Shown here one piece after another: positions 18,919 through 28,148 of a DNA stretch of 64,000 nt (position 1 is its first letter; every line of letters begins with the position of its first letter). Where the stretch lies: assembly GCA_043801585.1 (NCBI GenBank), contig JAZDLX010000115.1:66785-130784 (forward strand), read 5' to 3'. The notes below the pieces were generated by a model. The model did no database searches. It worked only from the letters and a program-made list of their open reading frames with translations, and was not told the DNA's origin. The stretch comes from a bacterium. GTDB taxonomy: Bacteria > Electryoneota > Electryoneia > Electryoneales > Electryoneaceae. Position numbers and translations under genes: made by a program.

Positions 18919-20886
18919 ATGCTTCGGTCATTGTTTAGCGGCGTGAATGGTGTTCGAAACCACCAGATCATGATGGATGTGGTTGCGAACAACATCGCAA
19001 ACGTCAACACAATCGGTTTTAAAAGTGGTCGCATCACGTTTTCAGATGCGATCAGCCAACTGTTGAAGGGGGGATCCGCTCCGCGGGATGCACGCGGTGG
19101 GTCCAACCCGGTTCAGGTGGGACTCGGCATGAAGGTGCAGTCGATCGACAACAACTTCGGTCAGGGTGGTCTTGAGCAGACCGGTTACAACACTGACCTC
19201 GCCATCGAAGGACGCGGATTCTTCGTTGTCCGCGAAGGCGACAAGCTGCTCTATACCCGTGCCGGCAACTTCACCATCGACGCCGACGGCAGACTGGTCG
19301 CCAACGGCGGCTCAACCTTCGTACAGGGCTATCAGGCTGACGCGAACGGTGAACTTTCGGACCCGACTTTGCAGGACTTGACGGTTCCGGTCCAGTTGAA
19401 GACACCAGCGAATGCGACGACTGAGGTCGTTCTTTATTCCAACCTCGATTCGGACGCGACGGAAGCGCTGGCTTCGCTGAGTGACGCTGGCGATTCGGGA
19501 GTAACCTCCGTTTCCGGTACCGCGGATGATGGTGTCGGTGGAACTCATACGATCCAAATCAGCGGTACAAACGCCACGAATTCGAACGGCATCGGAACGA
19601 GCACCTTCGGCGGCGGCGGGTCTTTGACCCTCGCCACGACACTCACGGCAGCAGGCGTGACGGATGTGGACGGATTCCAGGTGACGGTGGACCAGGGAAC
19701 GGGCGACGAAGTGACCTACACAATCCTCGGTCTCGACCTGAACAGCACTGTTGGCGAATTGATCAACCAGCTTAACGCTCAGGTAGCAGGTGCGGAATTC
19801 GTACTGACGGGCGGTGAAATCGAAGTCACTCGCCGTTATGCCGGCGATGGTACAAGTTTCAGCGTTCTGCTTACGGATACCGGCGGAACGAGTGACCTTG
19901 TCGATCAACTCTTCAACGACGGCGCCGCCGGCGTCGGTGGTACGGCAAACTTCGCTGTCGCCAACGGAACGGCTTCCTCACTGGCTGCCGTCGATACCTT
20001 CATTGACAACGCTACCGGAGCCACATCCACGAAGACGCTTGATTTCGTCGCTGATTCGTCAACGGGTTTGATGACGGAATTAACCGGTCTCGGGCGCAGT
20101 GGTGTTTCCGTCCGCGCCAACAGCGGATTTACAGCGACGGCTATCACCGGCAATGATTTGATCATCGACACCGCAGACACGAACCACTCAACCTCGATTA
20201 CCGTCTACGATGAGCAGGGAGTGACGCACAACCTAACCCTCACATTCACCAAGACGTCGCAGTTGAATGAATGGAAATGGGAGGCGAGCATCCCCGAACC
20301 GGCTCGTCTTGTCAACGGTTACTCCGGAACGGTAGAATTCAATCCGGACGGTACCCTGCGGGCGTGGAACTACGACAACAACCAGTCGAGTTTCAGCTTC
20401 GATCCAGGAACCAGCCAGGCGCTCGTGAACATCCAGTTTGACCCGGGTACGTTGGGCGGCATGGACGGCGTGACACAAACGGCTTCCAGCTTCTCAACCC
20501 AGGCGATCAGCCAGGATGGGTACAGCATGGGTGTACTCGAGGGCATTGACATCGACAACAACGGCGAGATTACCGGCAGTTTCACCAACGGTCAACAACT
20601 CCGCCTCGGCGCCATTGCAATCGCCGATTTCAACAACACGGATGGTTTGAACAAGGAAGGTGACAACCTCTGGTCAGCAACCGATTCCGCGGGCACACCG
20701 AGGTACGGCCTTGCCCAGACGAACTTTGGAAGCCTGATCGACCGTGGCTTCCTCGAAATGTCGAACGTGGACCTGGTCAAGGAGTTTACATCGATGATTA
20801 CGGCACAGCGCGGTTTCCAGGCGAGTGCGCGAGTCATCACAACGGCCGACCAGATTCTACAGGAAGTGACAAACTTGAAGCGGTAG
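18919..20886 (+). CDS. flgE: Flagellar hook protein FlgE (long form, 655 aa)
   Basis: MLRSLFSGVNG...VANNIANVNTIGFK, TDLAIEGRGFF, YTRAGNF, LEMSNVDLVKEF..MITAQRGFQASARVITT. Confidence 0.97.
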   Translation: MLRSLFSGVNGVRNHQIMMDVVANNIANVNTIGFKSGRITFSDAISQLLKGGSAPRDARGGSNPVQVGLGMKVQSIDNNFGQGGLEQTGYNTDLAIEGRGFFVVREGDKLLYTRAGNFTIDADGRLVANGGSTFVQGYQADANGELSDPTLQDLTVPVQLKTPANATTEVVLYSNLDSDATEALASLSDAGDSGVTSVSGTADDGVGGTHTIQISGTNATNSNGIGTSTFGGGGSLTLATTLTAAGVTDVDGFQVTVDQGTGDEVTYTILGLDLNSTVGELINQLNAQVAGAEFVLTGGEIEVTRRYAGDGTSFSVLLTDTGGTSDLVDQLFNDGAAGVGGTANFAVANGTASSLAAVDTFIDNATGATSTKTLDFVADSSTGLMTELTGLGRSGVSVRANSGFTATAITGNDLIIDTADTNHSTSITVYDEQGVTHNLTLTFTKTSQLNEWKWEASIPEPARLVNGYSGTVEFNPDGTLRAWNYDNNQSSFSFDPGTSQALVNIQFDPGTLGGMDGVTQTASSFSTQAISQDGYSMGVLEGIDIDNNGEITGSFTNGQQLRLGAIAIADFNNTDGLNKEGDNLWSATDSAGTPRYGLAQTNFGSLIDRGFLEMSNVDLVKEFTSMITAQRGFQASARVITTADQILQEVTNLKR

Positions 20887-20920
20887 GGTTGAACCCGACC
20901 GTGTGATGAAGCAATAACGC

Positions 20921-20961
20921 TTTCCCGCCACCGGTTCGATGGGTGGACCGGTGGCGGGGGA
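20921..20961 (+). other. Strong GC-rich hairpin between flgE and flbD, no U-tract
   Basis: CCCGCCACCGGTTC-gatgggt-GGACCGGTGGCGGG, 14-bp stem. Confidence 0.7.
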
Positions 20962-20975
20962 GACAGGGAGAATCG

Positions 20976-21182
20976 ATGATCCAGGTAACAAGACTGGACG
21001 GCAGCGAGCTGATCGTCAACAGCGACATGATTGAATTTGTCGAGTCTACACCCGACACGATTCTAACATTGACGGACGGTAAAAAGGTGATTGTTCGCGA
21101 AAAGCCGGATGATGTGATCGAACGAATCGTGACTTTCCGTCGCCGTGTCATTCAACCCGGCGAGGGTGAGGCACAGGCCTAA
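20976..21182 (+). CDS. flbD: Flagellar FlbD/SwrD-family protein (not the Caulobacter FlbD activator)
   Basis: MIQVTRLDGSELIVNSDMIEFVESTPDTILTLTDGKKVIVRE; located between flgE and motA. Confidence 0.93.
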   Translation: MIQVTRLDGSELIVNSDMIEFVESTPDTILTLTDGKKVIVREKPDDVIERIVTFRRRVIQPGEGEAQA

Positions 21183-21200
21183 GGGAGGCTGTGAGCCAAC

Positions 21201-21983
21201 ATGGATATTTCAACCCTTATCGGCATCGTTGCAGCGTTCGTGCTCGTGTCTATCTCCATTTTCATGGGCACGGGTATCTCGTTCTTCTTCAGCTTGAGTT
21301 CCGTCCTCATCGTCTTCGGCGGAACCATTGGATCGACGCTGGTGAACTTTCCCCTGTCGGAAGTGTTTGCGGTGATCAATGTTGCGAAGAACGCCTTCAT
21401 GACAAAAGAAGTATCGTCCTATGACGCGATTGAACAGTTGGTAGACATTGCGGAAAAAGCGCGTCGGGAAGGCATCCTGGCGATCGAACGTGAACTCGAT
21501 GATGTTCATGACACGTTCATGCGCCTTGGCATTCAGTACGCCGTTGACGGTACGGAACCGGAGACGATTCGTTCGATTATGGAGTCGGAGCTTAACGGGA
21601 TGGAGGAACGTCACCGTCAGGGCAAAAGGATCTTTGAAGCGATGGGTACCTATGCACCTGCGTTCGGCATGATCGGGACGCTGATCGGTTTGATCCAGAT
21701 GCTCGCGGCGTTGGACGATCCCTCGAAAATCGGCGCTGGCATGGCGACAGCCCTTGTCACAACGCTCTATGGTTCTCTATCCGCCAATATTGTGTTCCTC
21801 CCGCTCGCAGGAAAACTGGAATACCGGAGCCGGGAGGAAGGGCGGCGCAAGGAACTGATCATCGAGGGCATCCTGTCGATTCAATCCGGGGACAACCCGA
21901 GAATTGTACGTGAAAAACTGAAAACGTTCCTGCCACCTGTTGAACGTGGTTACGGCGGTTCGGGCGGCGGAGACGAGTTATAA
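21201..21983 (+). CDS. motA: Flagellar stator A subunit (MotA/PomA-type)
   Basis: ARREGILAIE, APAFGMIGTLIGLIQML, ALVTTLYG, EGILSIQSGDNP. Confidence 0.96.
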   Translation: MDISTLIGIVAAFVLVSISIFMGTGISFFFSLSSVLIVFGGTIGSTLVNFPLSEVFAVINVAKNAFMTKEVSSYDAIEQLVDIAEKARREGILAIERELDDVHDTFMRLGIQYAVDGTEPETIRSIMESELNGMEERHRQGKRIFEAMGTYAPAFGMIGTLIGLIQMLAALDDPSKIGAGMATALVTTLYGSLSANIVFLPLAGKLEYRSREEGRRKELIIEGILSIQSGDNPRIVREKLKTFLPPVERGYGGSGGGDEL

Positions 21984-22025
21984 CAGGTCAGGATTCGAGA
22001 GCGATCTCGACAGTGAGGGGCAAGC

Positions 22026-22736
22026 ATGCCAAAGCAGCATCAGGAAAATCCACCCCCGGGGGCTCCCCCTTGGGTGGTTACCTATGGCGACATGATGTCG
22101 CTGCTGCTGACGTTTTTCGTGCTGATCGTGAGTTTTTCCAGCACGGAACAGGTCAAATTCAAGGCTGCGATTTCGAGCATTCAGCAGGGACTTGGAATCT
22201 GGCCGAGCAACGCAGGCCTTCTTCCGACAATCGTTCTTTTCCAGAATCAAACCGAACAGGCCCAGGAAGCTGCGGAAATCGTCGAGGAGGTCGCGGCATA
22301 CCTGCGAGAGACGAACATCGTCAACCAGGTCGAGATCTACAACACTCCCGCGGGAATACGCCTGATCATCTCGGACCCTTTGATGTTTCAAACAGGGAAG
22401 GCGGATATTCAGCCCAAGTTTCGTTCACTGTTGAATAAGATCGCGGAAATCATAAAAAAACGCGAATTTACGGAGATCAAAGTCGAGGGGCACACCGACA
22501 ACATTCCGATTCGTACGGATCAGTTCCCGAGCAATTGGGAGCTGAGTGCAGCCCGGGCGTTGAATGTTGTGAAGGTGCTGGCGTTTGATGGAGGCCTCGA
22601 CCCTGCAAAACTTAGCGGCGTTGGCTATGGCCAGTATCGGCCGAGAGCGACAAACAATACTCCCGAAGGAAGATCGATGAATCGGCGTGTAGAGATCTGG
22701 ATCGAGTATCGGGAGAAACTGGAATCAAGCAGTTGA
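22026..22736 (+). CDS. motB: Flagellar stator B subunit (MotB/PomB-type)
   Basis: PWVVTYGDMMSLLLTFFVL TM; OmpA-like VEGHTDN, NWELSAARA, NRRVEI. Confidence 0.96.
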   Translation: MPKQHQENPPPGAPPWVVTYGDMMSLLLTFFVLIVSFSSTEQVKFKAAISSIQQGLGIWPSNAGLLPTIVLFQNQTEQAQEAAEIVEEVAAYLRETNIVNQVEIYNTPAGIRLIISDPLMFQTGKADIQPKFRSLLNKIAEIIKKREFTEIKVEGHTDNIPIRTDQFPSNWELSAARALNVVKVLAFDGGLDPAKLSGVGYGQYRPRATNNTPEGRSMNRRVEIWIEYREKLESSS

Positions 22737-22743
22737 GGCGGTG

Positions 22744-23298
22744 ATGAACGAGTTCAACGAAGTCCAGGAAGGCGCGGAAGGCATCGAACTGCCGGATGTC
22801 GATGTCGAAGCCGGTGGTGAATTGCTTCCGGGTAAAAGTGAAGGTGGCGGTGGCGGCGGGAAGAGCGTCGTTTTCGCGGTCGTTGTCGTCATCATCCTGG
22901 CGTTCCAGGCGGTCTCGTCGCATTTCATCGTAAAGAATCTGTTTTTCTCGGAACCACCGGCGCCGAAGCAGCAGAAAGCGGAAACCAGCGACGAGATCGG
23001 AGAGATCTATAGGATAACCGGGTTGATTGTCAATCCAAAAGAATCCCGGGGAAGCAAACACCTCCTGGTCGATTTCGGCCTGGAGACAAAAGACAAGAAA
23101 GTCATGGATGAGCTTTTGAAAATCGAGCCGCTGCTCCGTGACAACCTGAATACATTTTTTGCCGCGCAACGACTTGAGATTCTGCAGGACATTACCTATC
23201 GGGAAAAGCTGCGGAAGCGTGTGCAGGAAATTGTCAATTATCACCTCACTGAAGGCACGGTGGATGAAGTGTTCTTCATCCAGTACGTGCTTCAGTAG
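22744..23298 (+). CDS. fliL: Flagellar basal body-associated protein FliL
   Basis: Single TM, LIVNP..SRGSKHL, PLLRD, VDEVFFIQYVLQ; between motB and fliM. Confidence 0.92.
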   Translation: MNEFNEVQEGAEGIELPDVDVEAGGELLPGKSEGGGGGGKSVVFAVVVVIILAFQAVSSHFIVKNLFFSEPPAPKQQKAETSDEIGEIYRITGLIVNPKESRGSKHLLVDFGLETKDKKVMDELLKIEPLLRDNLNTFFAAQRLEILQDITYREKLRKRVQEIVNYHLTEGTVDEVFFIQYVLQ

Positions 23299-23312
23299 AG
23301 CCTGAGGTTCCG

Positions 23313-24305
23313 ATGAACAGAATCCTCAGCCAGGACGAAATTGATGCACTGCTTAGCAGTGTATCCAAAGGCAAAAGCTACGAGTCGATCGAGCGGGAGC
23401 CGAAGAAAGCCGTAACGGTTTACGACTTCAAGCATCCCGACCGCATCTCGAAAGAACAGATTCGCACGATGCGAACGATCCACGAGAACTTTGCGCGCCT
23501 GTTCGCGACGTTTCTCTCGACGAACCTGCGCGCCCTTGTGGACGTCAACGTCATTTCGATCGACCAGGTGACATACAGCGAATACACCATGTCACTGTCC
23601 ATGCCATCGTCGCTTTACCTCTTGCGTCTGCCGGATCTTGAGGGAAAGGCGGTTGTCGAAATCAGCCCGCAGTTTCTGCTTTTTGTTGTCGATCGGCTGC
23701 TGGGTGGCACAGGCGAAACGGAAATCGAGATCCGTGAGATTACTCTGATCGAACAGAATATCGTGCAGAGGATCATCAACAATCTGATCAACACCTTGAA
23801 CGAAGTGTGGAGCCAGATTTATCCGTTGAACGCTCAATTCGACAGCTTCGAAACGGATCCACAGTTCGTTCAGATTGCCCGTTCTTCGGAAACGATCGCG
23901 ATCATCTTCTTTGAAATCAAGGTTCGCGGCGCAGTGTATCCGATGAACATCGGTTTCCCGTATTTCGTGCTGGAACCCATCCTGCAGAAACTGTCGACTC
24001 AGACCTTCTTCGTAAACGTCAAGAAGGTAGGCGAGGATGAATCGAAACTGCTTGAAGACAGGATTCGCTCCTCGACGCTCAGTGTTTCGGCACTGTTCCA
24101 CCAAACCTCGCTGACGGTACAGGAATTTCTATCGCTGCGCCGTGGCGACATCGTTCAACTCGATAAAGAACTCGACGAGGAGCTGAAAGTCCGCGTCGGT
24201 AACAAGATCAAGTATTTCGGGGTGCCTGGACGCTCGGGGCGGAAACTCGCGGTTCGTGTAACGCGGGTGATCACCTTCGATGAAGTTCTGGCCCTGGAGA
24301 GGTGA
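23313..24305 (+). CDS. fliM: Flagellar motor switch protein FliM
   Basis: ILSQDEIDALL CheY-binding motif, YDFKHPDRISKEQIR, VDRLLGG, ETDPQFVQI. Confidence 0.97.
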   Translation: MNRILSQDEIDALLSSVSKGKSYESIEREPKKAVTVYDFKHPDRISKEQIRTMRTIHENFARLFATFLSTNLRALVDVNVISIDQVTYSEYTMSLSMPSSLYLLRLPDLEGKAVVEISPQFLLFVVDRLLGGTGETEIEIREITLIEQNIVQRIINNLINTLNEVWSQIYPLNAQFDSFETDPQFVQIARSSETIAIIFFEIKVRGAVYPMNIGFPYFVLEPILQKLSTQTFFVNVKKVGEDESKLLEDRIRSSTLSVSALFHQTSLTVQEFLSLRRGDIVQLDKELDEELKVRVGNKIKYFGVPGRSGRKLAVRVTRVITFDEVLALER

Positions 24306-24311
24306 TGGATC

Positions 24312-25295
24312 ATGGCGATTGACAACAAATACCGCGTTGTCGAAGAACAGGCGATTTCGGTGATGAAGGATGTTTTCGGACCGGTTCTCAACCGAGATGT
24401 CAACATCGAAATCATTGAACTGGAGCAGGCCGAGGTGGCACGCCTTTCCGAGATCTTCAAGGAAGAGGCCGTATTGATCGAGGTTCCCCTCGAGAGCACC
24501 ACCGAGGGATCCCTCTACTACCTGTTCACTCAGAAACTGGCAGCTGCGATTACCGATCTGATGGTGATGGGGGATGGATCGGCGCCGTTCAGCGATGAGT
24601 CCCTTGACGGGGTCGCCGAAGCCGTCAACCAGATCGTCGGCGCACAGACGACGTTCTGGGCTGATGAGCTCAAGGTGAACCTCTCTTTCGGCAACGCTCA
24701 AGGGGGGCTCGTAGCCGTTTCCGACCTGAACGTGCCCATTGCGGACCTGATTGAAGTTCGCTACAACATGGTAATCTCGGATTGGGGCGATGAGACGTTC
24801 GTCAAGCTCGTGCCGAATGGTGTGATTGATCTTCTCGCCAATGCCTCAGGGGGAGAGATCAGCCCCGAGCAGGAGATGGCGCAGTCTGGTTTTTCATCGA
24901 CACTCGAACCTTCTGGAGCCTCTCAGGGCACTCCTGCGGGAAAAAGCGCACCATCCACTGCTCGTCCAGCGGCTCGTGCTGTTCAGTTCGGCCAGTTTGA
25001 CACGGGCGGCGCGTACCAACCCGGTCCGGATGATCCACGAAATCTCGAACTTCTGATGGACATTTCGTTGCCCGTGACCATCGAACTCGGTCGAACTCAA
25101 ATGCTGATCAAAGACGTTCTTGAGATCGGACCCGGTTCCGTCATCGAGCTTCAGAAGCTTTCGGGTGAGCCCGTCGATCTGTACATTAACGACAAACGAT
25201 TTGCACTCGGTGAAGTCGTTGTGATCGACGAGAACTTCGGAATCCGCATCACCGAGCTTCTTAGTGTAGAGGATCGCATCAAGGCGTTGAAATGA
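24312..25295 (+). CDS. fliN: FliY-like switch protein: CheC-like domain + FliN (SpoA) domain
   Basis: C-terminal [18 protein letters not shown]...[17 protein letters not shown]-terminal [10 protein letters not shown]...[10 protein letters not shown]. Confidence 0.9.
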   Translation: MAIDNKYRVVEEQAISVMKDVFGPVLNRDVNIEIIELEQAEVARLSEIFKEEAVLIEVPLESTTEGSLYYLFTQKLAAAITDLMVMGDGSAPFSDESLDGVAEAVNQIVGAQTTFWADELKVNLSFGNAQGGLVAVSDLNVPIADLIEVRYNMVISDWGDETFVKLVPNGVIDLLANASGGEISPEQEMAQSGFSSTLEPSGASQGTPAGKSAPSTARPAARAVQFGQFDTGGAYQPGPDDPRNLELLMDISLPVTIELGRTQMLIKDVLEIGPGSVIELQKLSGEPVDLYINDKRFALGEVVVIDENFGIRITELLSVEDRIKALK

Positions 25296-25723
25296 CAGAA
25301 GATAAGAAGCCTTTCGGAAGGCTGGGCGTTCGCCTTGCGCAGATGGTTGCCCTCCTTTCGCTGGCGATCCCCGCCGAAGCGGCGCAGATCATCGCGCCGC
25401 CGGAGAGCTTTGGCGCGGCACTCGTTCGGACGGGGGCCGCGCTCCTGTTCATTCTGGGGTTGTTTTTTCTGCTTGTTTACGTGATGAAACGGTACTTTCC
25501 CAACGTCTTCGGTGGCCCGGCGCCAGGATCGAGTGCATCAAACGCACATATTGAACTTCTGGCGACTCGCCCGATCGGTCCAAAACGCTACCTCCATCTG
25601 ATCCGGATCGGAAAACGTGAACTACTCCTGGGTTCGTCCGAACAGGGTGTCAACAAACTCGGAGAATGGGAGTCAACGATGAAACCGGAGTCGAAATCAC
25701 AGATTGACGAACCGGCTGGTTGA
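25292..25723 (+). CDS. fliO: Flagellar biogenesis protein FliO
   Basis: TM followed by [29 protein letters not shown]. Confidence 0.9.
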   Translation: MTEDKKPFGRLGVRLAQMVALLSLAIPAEAAQIIAPPESFGAALVRTGAALLFILGLFFLLVYVMKRYFPNVFGGPAPGSSASNAHIELLATRPIGPKRYLHLIRIGKRELLLGSSEQGVNKLGEWESTMKPESKSQIDEPAG

Positions 25724-25785
25724 AGCGCAATGCCCCGCCCAATATGTTACCTTAGCATGATTTTCCAAGAAACCTGGGTGACGAA

Positions 25786-27354
25786 TTGAACGATACCAGC
25801 AAAACCATCAATCGACCACCATCGGCGGATGAAAACGGTGTTTCCCCGGCACGGACGGACAGTAAGGGCGGCAAGGGTGAACGCCTGACGGAAGGCGAAG
25901 CGGTCGTTTCGGGGAACATCCGGGTCGTCTGTTCATTGTCGACGAACGCCGTGGAAGCCTACATAACCGTGCGAACCCCTCCCAACACAAGCGTTCCCAT
26001 CGAAATGATCCAGGAAGCTCTTCAACGTGAAAAAGTCACCGTAGGTTTGATGCAGGATGTCATCGAGGACCTTTCGCGCGCCAAGGGCAAACGTGGGGTG
26101 CCGGTGCTGGTTGCAAAGGGAAATCTTTCAGGGGGAGGGACAGATGCGCGAGTTGAGTATTTCTTCGAGACAGAACCAAAGCCGAAGATAAAGGTTTCGG
26201 AAAAGGACGGCCGGGTCGATTACCGGGAAGCGGGAATCATCCAGCAGGTCAACGAAGGACAGCTTCTTGCCATTAAAACACCTGCCATGCCCGGAGAATC
26301 GGGTATCTCAGTGACGGGTGTTATGATCACGGGCAAAACAGGCACCGATGTTCCCCTGTTGCGTGGTCAGGGAACTCATTTTGAAGACGAGGACAAGCTC
26401 AGGCTTATCGCGGAGATCCCGGGAAGTGCAAAACTGCGTGGAAACGGGGAAGTGGAGGTCAGCAGCCGCCATATCGTTGACGGTGACATCGATTTTGAAA
26501 CTGGAAACGTCCGGTTCAATGGATCGGTGATAGTCAAGGGAAGTGTGCGAGCGGGCTTTGAGGTTGTAGCTACCCATGACATCGAGATCCAGGGAGTAGT
26601 CGAGGATGCCATGGTTCACTGTGGCGGAAATCTGCTGCTTCGTGGTGGATTTATCGGGCAGGGAAAAGGATTGATTAAGGTTGGCGGGGAAACCCACATC
26701 AAATTCGTCGAAGGGCAGACCGTCTACGGCAATCACGACGTCTATATCGCTGAAGAGATCATCCATGCGAACGTCATCTCTGGTGGGCGCGTCATCGTCA
26801 AATTCGGCAAAGGCGCAATCATCGGAGGGAAAGTGTTTGCCCGTGACGGGATCAACGCAAAAATCCTCGGCAACATCCACTACGTTCGTACCCACCTGCG
26901 TACAGGGACTGATCCTCATCTGGATCAGCAATTGCAGAAAATTGCCGGCGTCATCAATAACAAGCAGATCATGAAGGAGAAGACGCAAGCTGCCATCAAT
27001 GTTTATGTGCAGAAAAAATATGCAGAATCGAAGGGATTGAGCACCACGGAAGAGGAGCATCTAAAGTATCTCTACCACGTTATGAGCCACTATGACGAGT
27101 GGTCAAAATACCTGGCCAATAAGTATGAAAAACTGATTGAGGAACGTGAACATCTCGACCTGAGCGCTTTCGTGATCGCCGAGCAGCAGGCCCATCCGGG
27201 GGTCTTCATTGAAGTAGCAATGCTTCAACGAAAACTCGACAAGGAATTCAGAGGGGTCGCATTCAAGGTCAAAGACCGGATTCTCACCGCACTGCGGCCG
27301 ATCGGGCACGAGGGGGAGTACAAACTTTACGAGGGTGAAGGAGCCGAATCGTGA
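25786..27354 (+). CDS. FapA/DUF342-family protein
   Basis: DGRVDYRE, QVNEGQLLAIK.PA.PG..G.SVTG, VDGDIDFETGNVRFNGSV.V.GSV beta-helix, IIGG; TTG start uncertain. Confidence 0.9.
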   Translation: MNDTSKTINRPPSADENGVSPARTDSKGGKGERLTEGEAVVSGNIRVVCSLSTNAVEAYITVRTPPNTSVPIEMIQEALQREKVTVGLMQDVIEDLSRAKGKRGVPVLVAKGNLSGGGTDARVEYFFETEPKPKIKVSEKDGRVDYREAGIIQQVNEGQLLAIKTPAMPGESGISVTGVMITGKTGTDVPLLRGQGTHFEDEDKLRLIAEIPGSAKLRGNGEVEVSSRHIVDGDIDFETGNVRFNGSVIVKGSVRAGFEVVATHDIEIQGVVEDAMVHCGGNLLLRGGFIGQGKGLIKVGGETHIKFVEGQTVYGNHDVYIAEEIIHANVISGGRVIVKFGKGAIIGGKVFARDGINAKILGNIHYVRTHLRTGTDPHLDQQLQKIAGVINNKQIMKEKTQAAINVYVQKKYAESKGLSTTEEEHLKYLYHVMSHYDEWSKYLANKYEKLIEEREHLDLSAFVIAEQQAHPGVFIEVAMLQRKLDKEFRGVAFKVKDRILTALRPIGHEGEYKLYEGEGAES

Positions 27355-28148
27355 GAGGATGGGTGAAAAAAGGGATGCCGGCAGTCCGGGGCCGAGCATT
27401 TCGCATCGCCTTGCTGATCGGTCCACTTCTCCTGGTCGCGTTCCTGACGGTGGGAGACGCCCAGGCCCAGACACCCCTGCCAAGCGTTAACATTTCTGTC
27501 GGACAGGCAGATTCTCCCCAGGATCTGTCGGTAACGATCCAGATCCTGCTCCTGCTCACGGTTCTCACTCTGGCGCCTTCGATCCTGGTGATGACGACGA
27601 GTTTCGTCAGGATTATCGTCGCATTCCATTTCCTCCGACAGGCGATGGGGACGCAGACGCTTCCCCCAAACCAGGTCATCGTCGGACTTGCTCTGTTCAT
27701 GACCATTGCCATCATGCAGCCGGTCATCAACGATATCTACGAGAATGCCTGGCTGCCCTATTCGCAGCAACAGATTACTCTTCAGCAGGGGTGGGATCGG
27801 GCAAAGGTGCCGATGCGGGAGTTCATGTTGCGTCAGACGCGGGAAAAAGACCTTGATCTGTTTGTGAAAATCAGCAAGCTCGAGCAACCGGGAACCCCTG
27901 CCGACCTCCCGATGAGCGTAATCATTCCGGCGTTTATGACAAGTGAACTTCGCATCGGTTTTCAGATTGGATTCCTCGTATATCTCCCGATGCTCGTGGT
28001 GGACATGGTGGTCGCGTCCGTGTTGATGTCGATGGGGATGATGATGCTGCCGCCGATCATGATCAGTTTGCCGTTCAAGTTGTTGTTGTTTGTCCTTGTG
28101 GACGGCTGGTACCTGGTGGTCCAATCGTTGGTTGAGAGTTTCCGATGA
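27351..28148 (+). CDS. fliP: Flagellar export gate protein FliP
   Basis: LLLTVLTLAPSILVMTTSFVRI, LRQAMGTQTLPPNQ, PAFMTSEL, MGMMMLPP..ISLPFKLLLFVLVDGW (alternative ATG at 27375). Confidence 0.98.
   Translation: MRGWVKKGMPAVRGRAFRIALLIGPLLLVAFLTVGDAQAQTPLPSVNISVGQADSPQDLSVTIQILLLLTVLTLAPSILVMTTSFVRIIVAFHFLRQAMGTQTLPPNQVIVGLALFMTIAIMQPVINDIYENAWLPYSQQQITLQQGWDRAKVPMREFMLRQTREKDLDLFVKISKLEQPGTPADLPMSVIIPAFMTSELRIGFQIGFLVYLPMLVVDMVVASVLMSMGMMMLPPIMISLPFKLLLFVLVDGWYLVVQSLVESFR

Noticed and set aside
18919..20886. Spirochaete-type lysinoalanine hook cross-linking
   Set aside because: The translated FlgE contains no Cys, which that chemistry uses
20976..21182. flbD as the sigma54 activator
   Set aside because: 68-aa SwrD-type protein; no AAA+ or GAFTGA domain was found anywhere in the window
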